Source: an uncultured virus (IMG/VR IMGVR_UViG_3300037067_008746) (Duplodnaviria; Heunggongvirae; Uroviricota; Caudoviricetes). From it: DNA of 64,000 nt. Location: IMG/VR virus record IMGVR_UViG_3300037067_008746, one strand, 5' to 3'. The position numbers and the translations under genes are program-made. The notes below the pieces were generated by a model that saw nothing but the letters and a program-made list of their open reading frames with translations, ran no database searches and had not been told where the DNA came from. Shown here piece by piece: positions 62,230-64,000 of the stretch (positions within the stretch are counted from its first letter, which is position 1; every line of letters begins with the position of its first letter).

Positions 62230-63872
62230 TGGCTTGTGCATTAAAAGAAATAGAAAAAATGAAAGCAGACCTACAGAAAGGAGGAATGTCCGAAGCGGAA
62301 GCAGAAAAAGAGATAGCAACATTCATCGTAGTGCCACAAGACATCGTTGACGGCGGACTTGACGATAAAACAATGGTAGACGTTGTAAAATATAACAATT
62401 ACGGAGATCTGAAAACCACAGCATCAAACGAAGTTGCGGAGACGTGGGGAGTAGAGAAAACAATATCGAACGGACTGGAAAACGATGTTGAAATAATAAA
62501 AGCGTTCAAGGCAAAAGACATTGACATAGTAGCAATAGCGAACGTATTGGACGGAAGGTCATGGTACGACATACCACTGGAAACAAAGGGAAAAACAACG
62601 GAAGAAATAAAGAAAAATGCGTCGGATTTAGTATCATTGGTGGCAGCGGGACATCCAGACGCAGTAAAATTCGTAAACAGCATCGCATCAGCGGCATTAA
62701 CAGGGAACGACGACGCTGAAAAACAATTGATAGCACTATGGGATATTCTTGGAACAGGCGGAATGTCGAAAGAATATGGAACAACGAAACCGGCTGGAAG
62801 AATAGAGCAATTTGAAAAAGTGACTAACGACATATATAACAAATATTACGACAACGTGTATAACGTGATGTATCCAGAAGAGAGCCTGAAGATAGAAAGC
62901 GGAAACATCACCTGGACAGATGCATTCGGAGAGAAACATAAAGCAACACTGACAGAAATGGGTGGAGAAGCGGTATATGATCCAACAACACGAACGATGA
63001 AAACACTAAACGAGAAATATATACAACAAACGATTCAGATAGACAATTACACCAAACTACAATTGAATACGGGGGAATATGCAAAGGCGGTGCTCGCATA
63101 CATAATTGGATATCAGAACATTTCGCCCAATGATGTAAATGCACAAGAAACACTGGCAAACGAATTTGCGACAACCGTGTTTCCGAACGTGGAGAACCCA
63201 GCAGCAAACACAAACATGTGGGCTTGCACTGGATCGGGGTGTCTGGCCGCAAGCGGTAGTGGAAGTGGTGGCGGCGGGGGCGGAGGTGGCGGAGGAGGCG
63301 GGGGAGGGTCATCTGCCGGTAGCATAACAACGGAAATACTGTATATAGAATGCAACGTAACGACCGCATTGGTGTATGATAAATCAACAGGAAAATCAAT
63401 CGGAAACGTAAACGAATCGATAGAACTGACGAAGGGAACATACACAATACAAGTGAAAGCAGAAGGATACACGACGAGGGAAACAGTAATAGAAATAGGA
63501 AATTACCCGGTATCGAAGACGATAAACCTGACAAAAGTGCCACCAAGCATATCAACATTCATAAACGGAATAGGCGGAATACAAAATCTGACAAAGGAGA
63601 AGTATCTGTATCTATTCTGCATATTGAAAATGCGAATGACATCAATGTATACATGGAAACAACTGGCAGACTCGGTGACGACAGTGCCATCTGCGGCAAT
63701 ACCAACATCGATTACGAAGTATGACGTATTATACATATATTATCTGGTGAACGGAGATGTATCGTCCGCACAAGCTCTGGTGGATGCCGAACAAGTAACA
63801 TTACTAAGTGCAACCGGAGACGCGAGTAATGAACTCGATGAAACTGCAATCGGGACAACCGGAGGAATCTGA
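62229..63872 (+). CDS. 547-aa protein with poly-Gly linker and PEGA domain
   Basis: G15 linker; GTYTIQVKAEGY. Confidence 0.78.
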   Translation: MACALKEIEKMKADLQKGGMSEAEAEKEIATFIVVPQDIVDGGLDDKTMVDVVKYNNYGDLKTTASNEVAETWGVEKTISNGLENDVEIIKAFKAKDIDIVAIANVLDGRSWYDIPLETKGKTTEEIKKNASDLVSLVAAGHPDAVKFVNSIASAALTGNDDAEKQLIALWDILGTGGMSKEYGTTKPAGRIEQFEKVTNDIYNKYYDNVYNVMYPEESLKIESGNITWTDAFGEKHKATLTEMGGEAVYDPTTRTMKTLNEKYIQQTIQIDNYTKLQLNTGEYAKAVLAYIIGYQNISPNDVNAQETLANEFATTVFPNVENPAANTNMWACTGSGCLAASGSGSGGGGGGGGGGGGGGSSAGSITTEILYIECNVTTALVYDKSTGKSIGNVNESIELTKGTYTIQVKAEGYTTRETVIEIGNYPVSKTINLTKVPPSISTFINGIGGIQNLTKEKYLYLFCILKMRMTSMYTWKQLADSVTTVPSAAIPTSITKYDVLYIYYLVNGDVSSAQALVDAEQVTLLSATGDASNELDETAIGTTGGI

Positions 63873-64000
63873 TTGGTACTGTATGAGTCAAGAAAAACAA
63901 CGCTGGTTGAGGCATTCGGTGAAGAGGGGTGCTTGACAGGCGATAGCTGGATGATAGCCACATTCCAAAACCTAAACGGAGAATTCACGTTGTACTCAGA

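Overview
This window looks like a 64-kb stretch of a large archaeal virus or virus-like extrachromosomal element. Evidence for an archaeal host: GGTGA/GGAGGT ribosome-binding sites, BRE-TATA promoters and an archaeal-type thymidylate synthase. The secreted matrixins resemble, from recollection, proteins of Methanothrix-like methanogens; the host is an inference. Layout: (i) 0-1.3 kb, an array of tiny membrane peptides in a G/T-skewed segment; (ii) 1.3-11 kb, small co-oriented early-type hypothetical genes; (iii) 11-20 kb, a replication and nucleotide module (NrS-1-like PrimPol, Rad52-like annealase, SF2 helicase, thymidylate synthase, MazG-like protein); (iv) radical SAM, glycosyltransferase, ASCH and methyltransferase genes; (v) mostly minus-strand structural genes (collagen-like, beta-propeller and beta-helix fibres, plus two internally duplicated beta-rich proteins that are candidate double-jelly-roll capsid proteins); (vi) very large virion-like proteins at 53-64 kb. 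No terminase, portal, HK97 capsid, packaging ATPase, integrase, RT, tRNA or CRISPR array was recognised. Notable non-coding signals: a Y-shaped three-way-junction palindrome at 2437-2529, a family of GC hairpins sharing a CGC-loop-GCG apex, a TTCCGCACG(A/T)GGGG motif at the 3' end of all three small secreted protease genes, a probable ATA start for the candidate major capsid gene, and A-over-T strand bias that does not depend on gene direction. All calls come from reading motifs by eye; no database searches were run.
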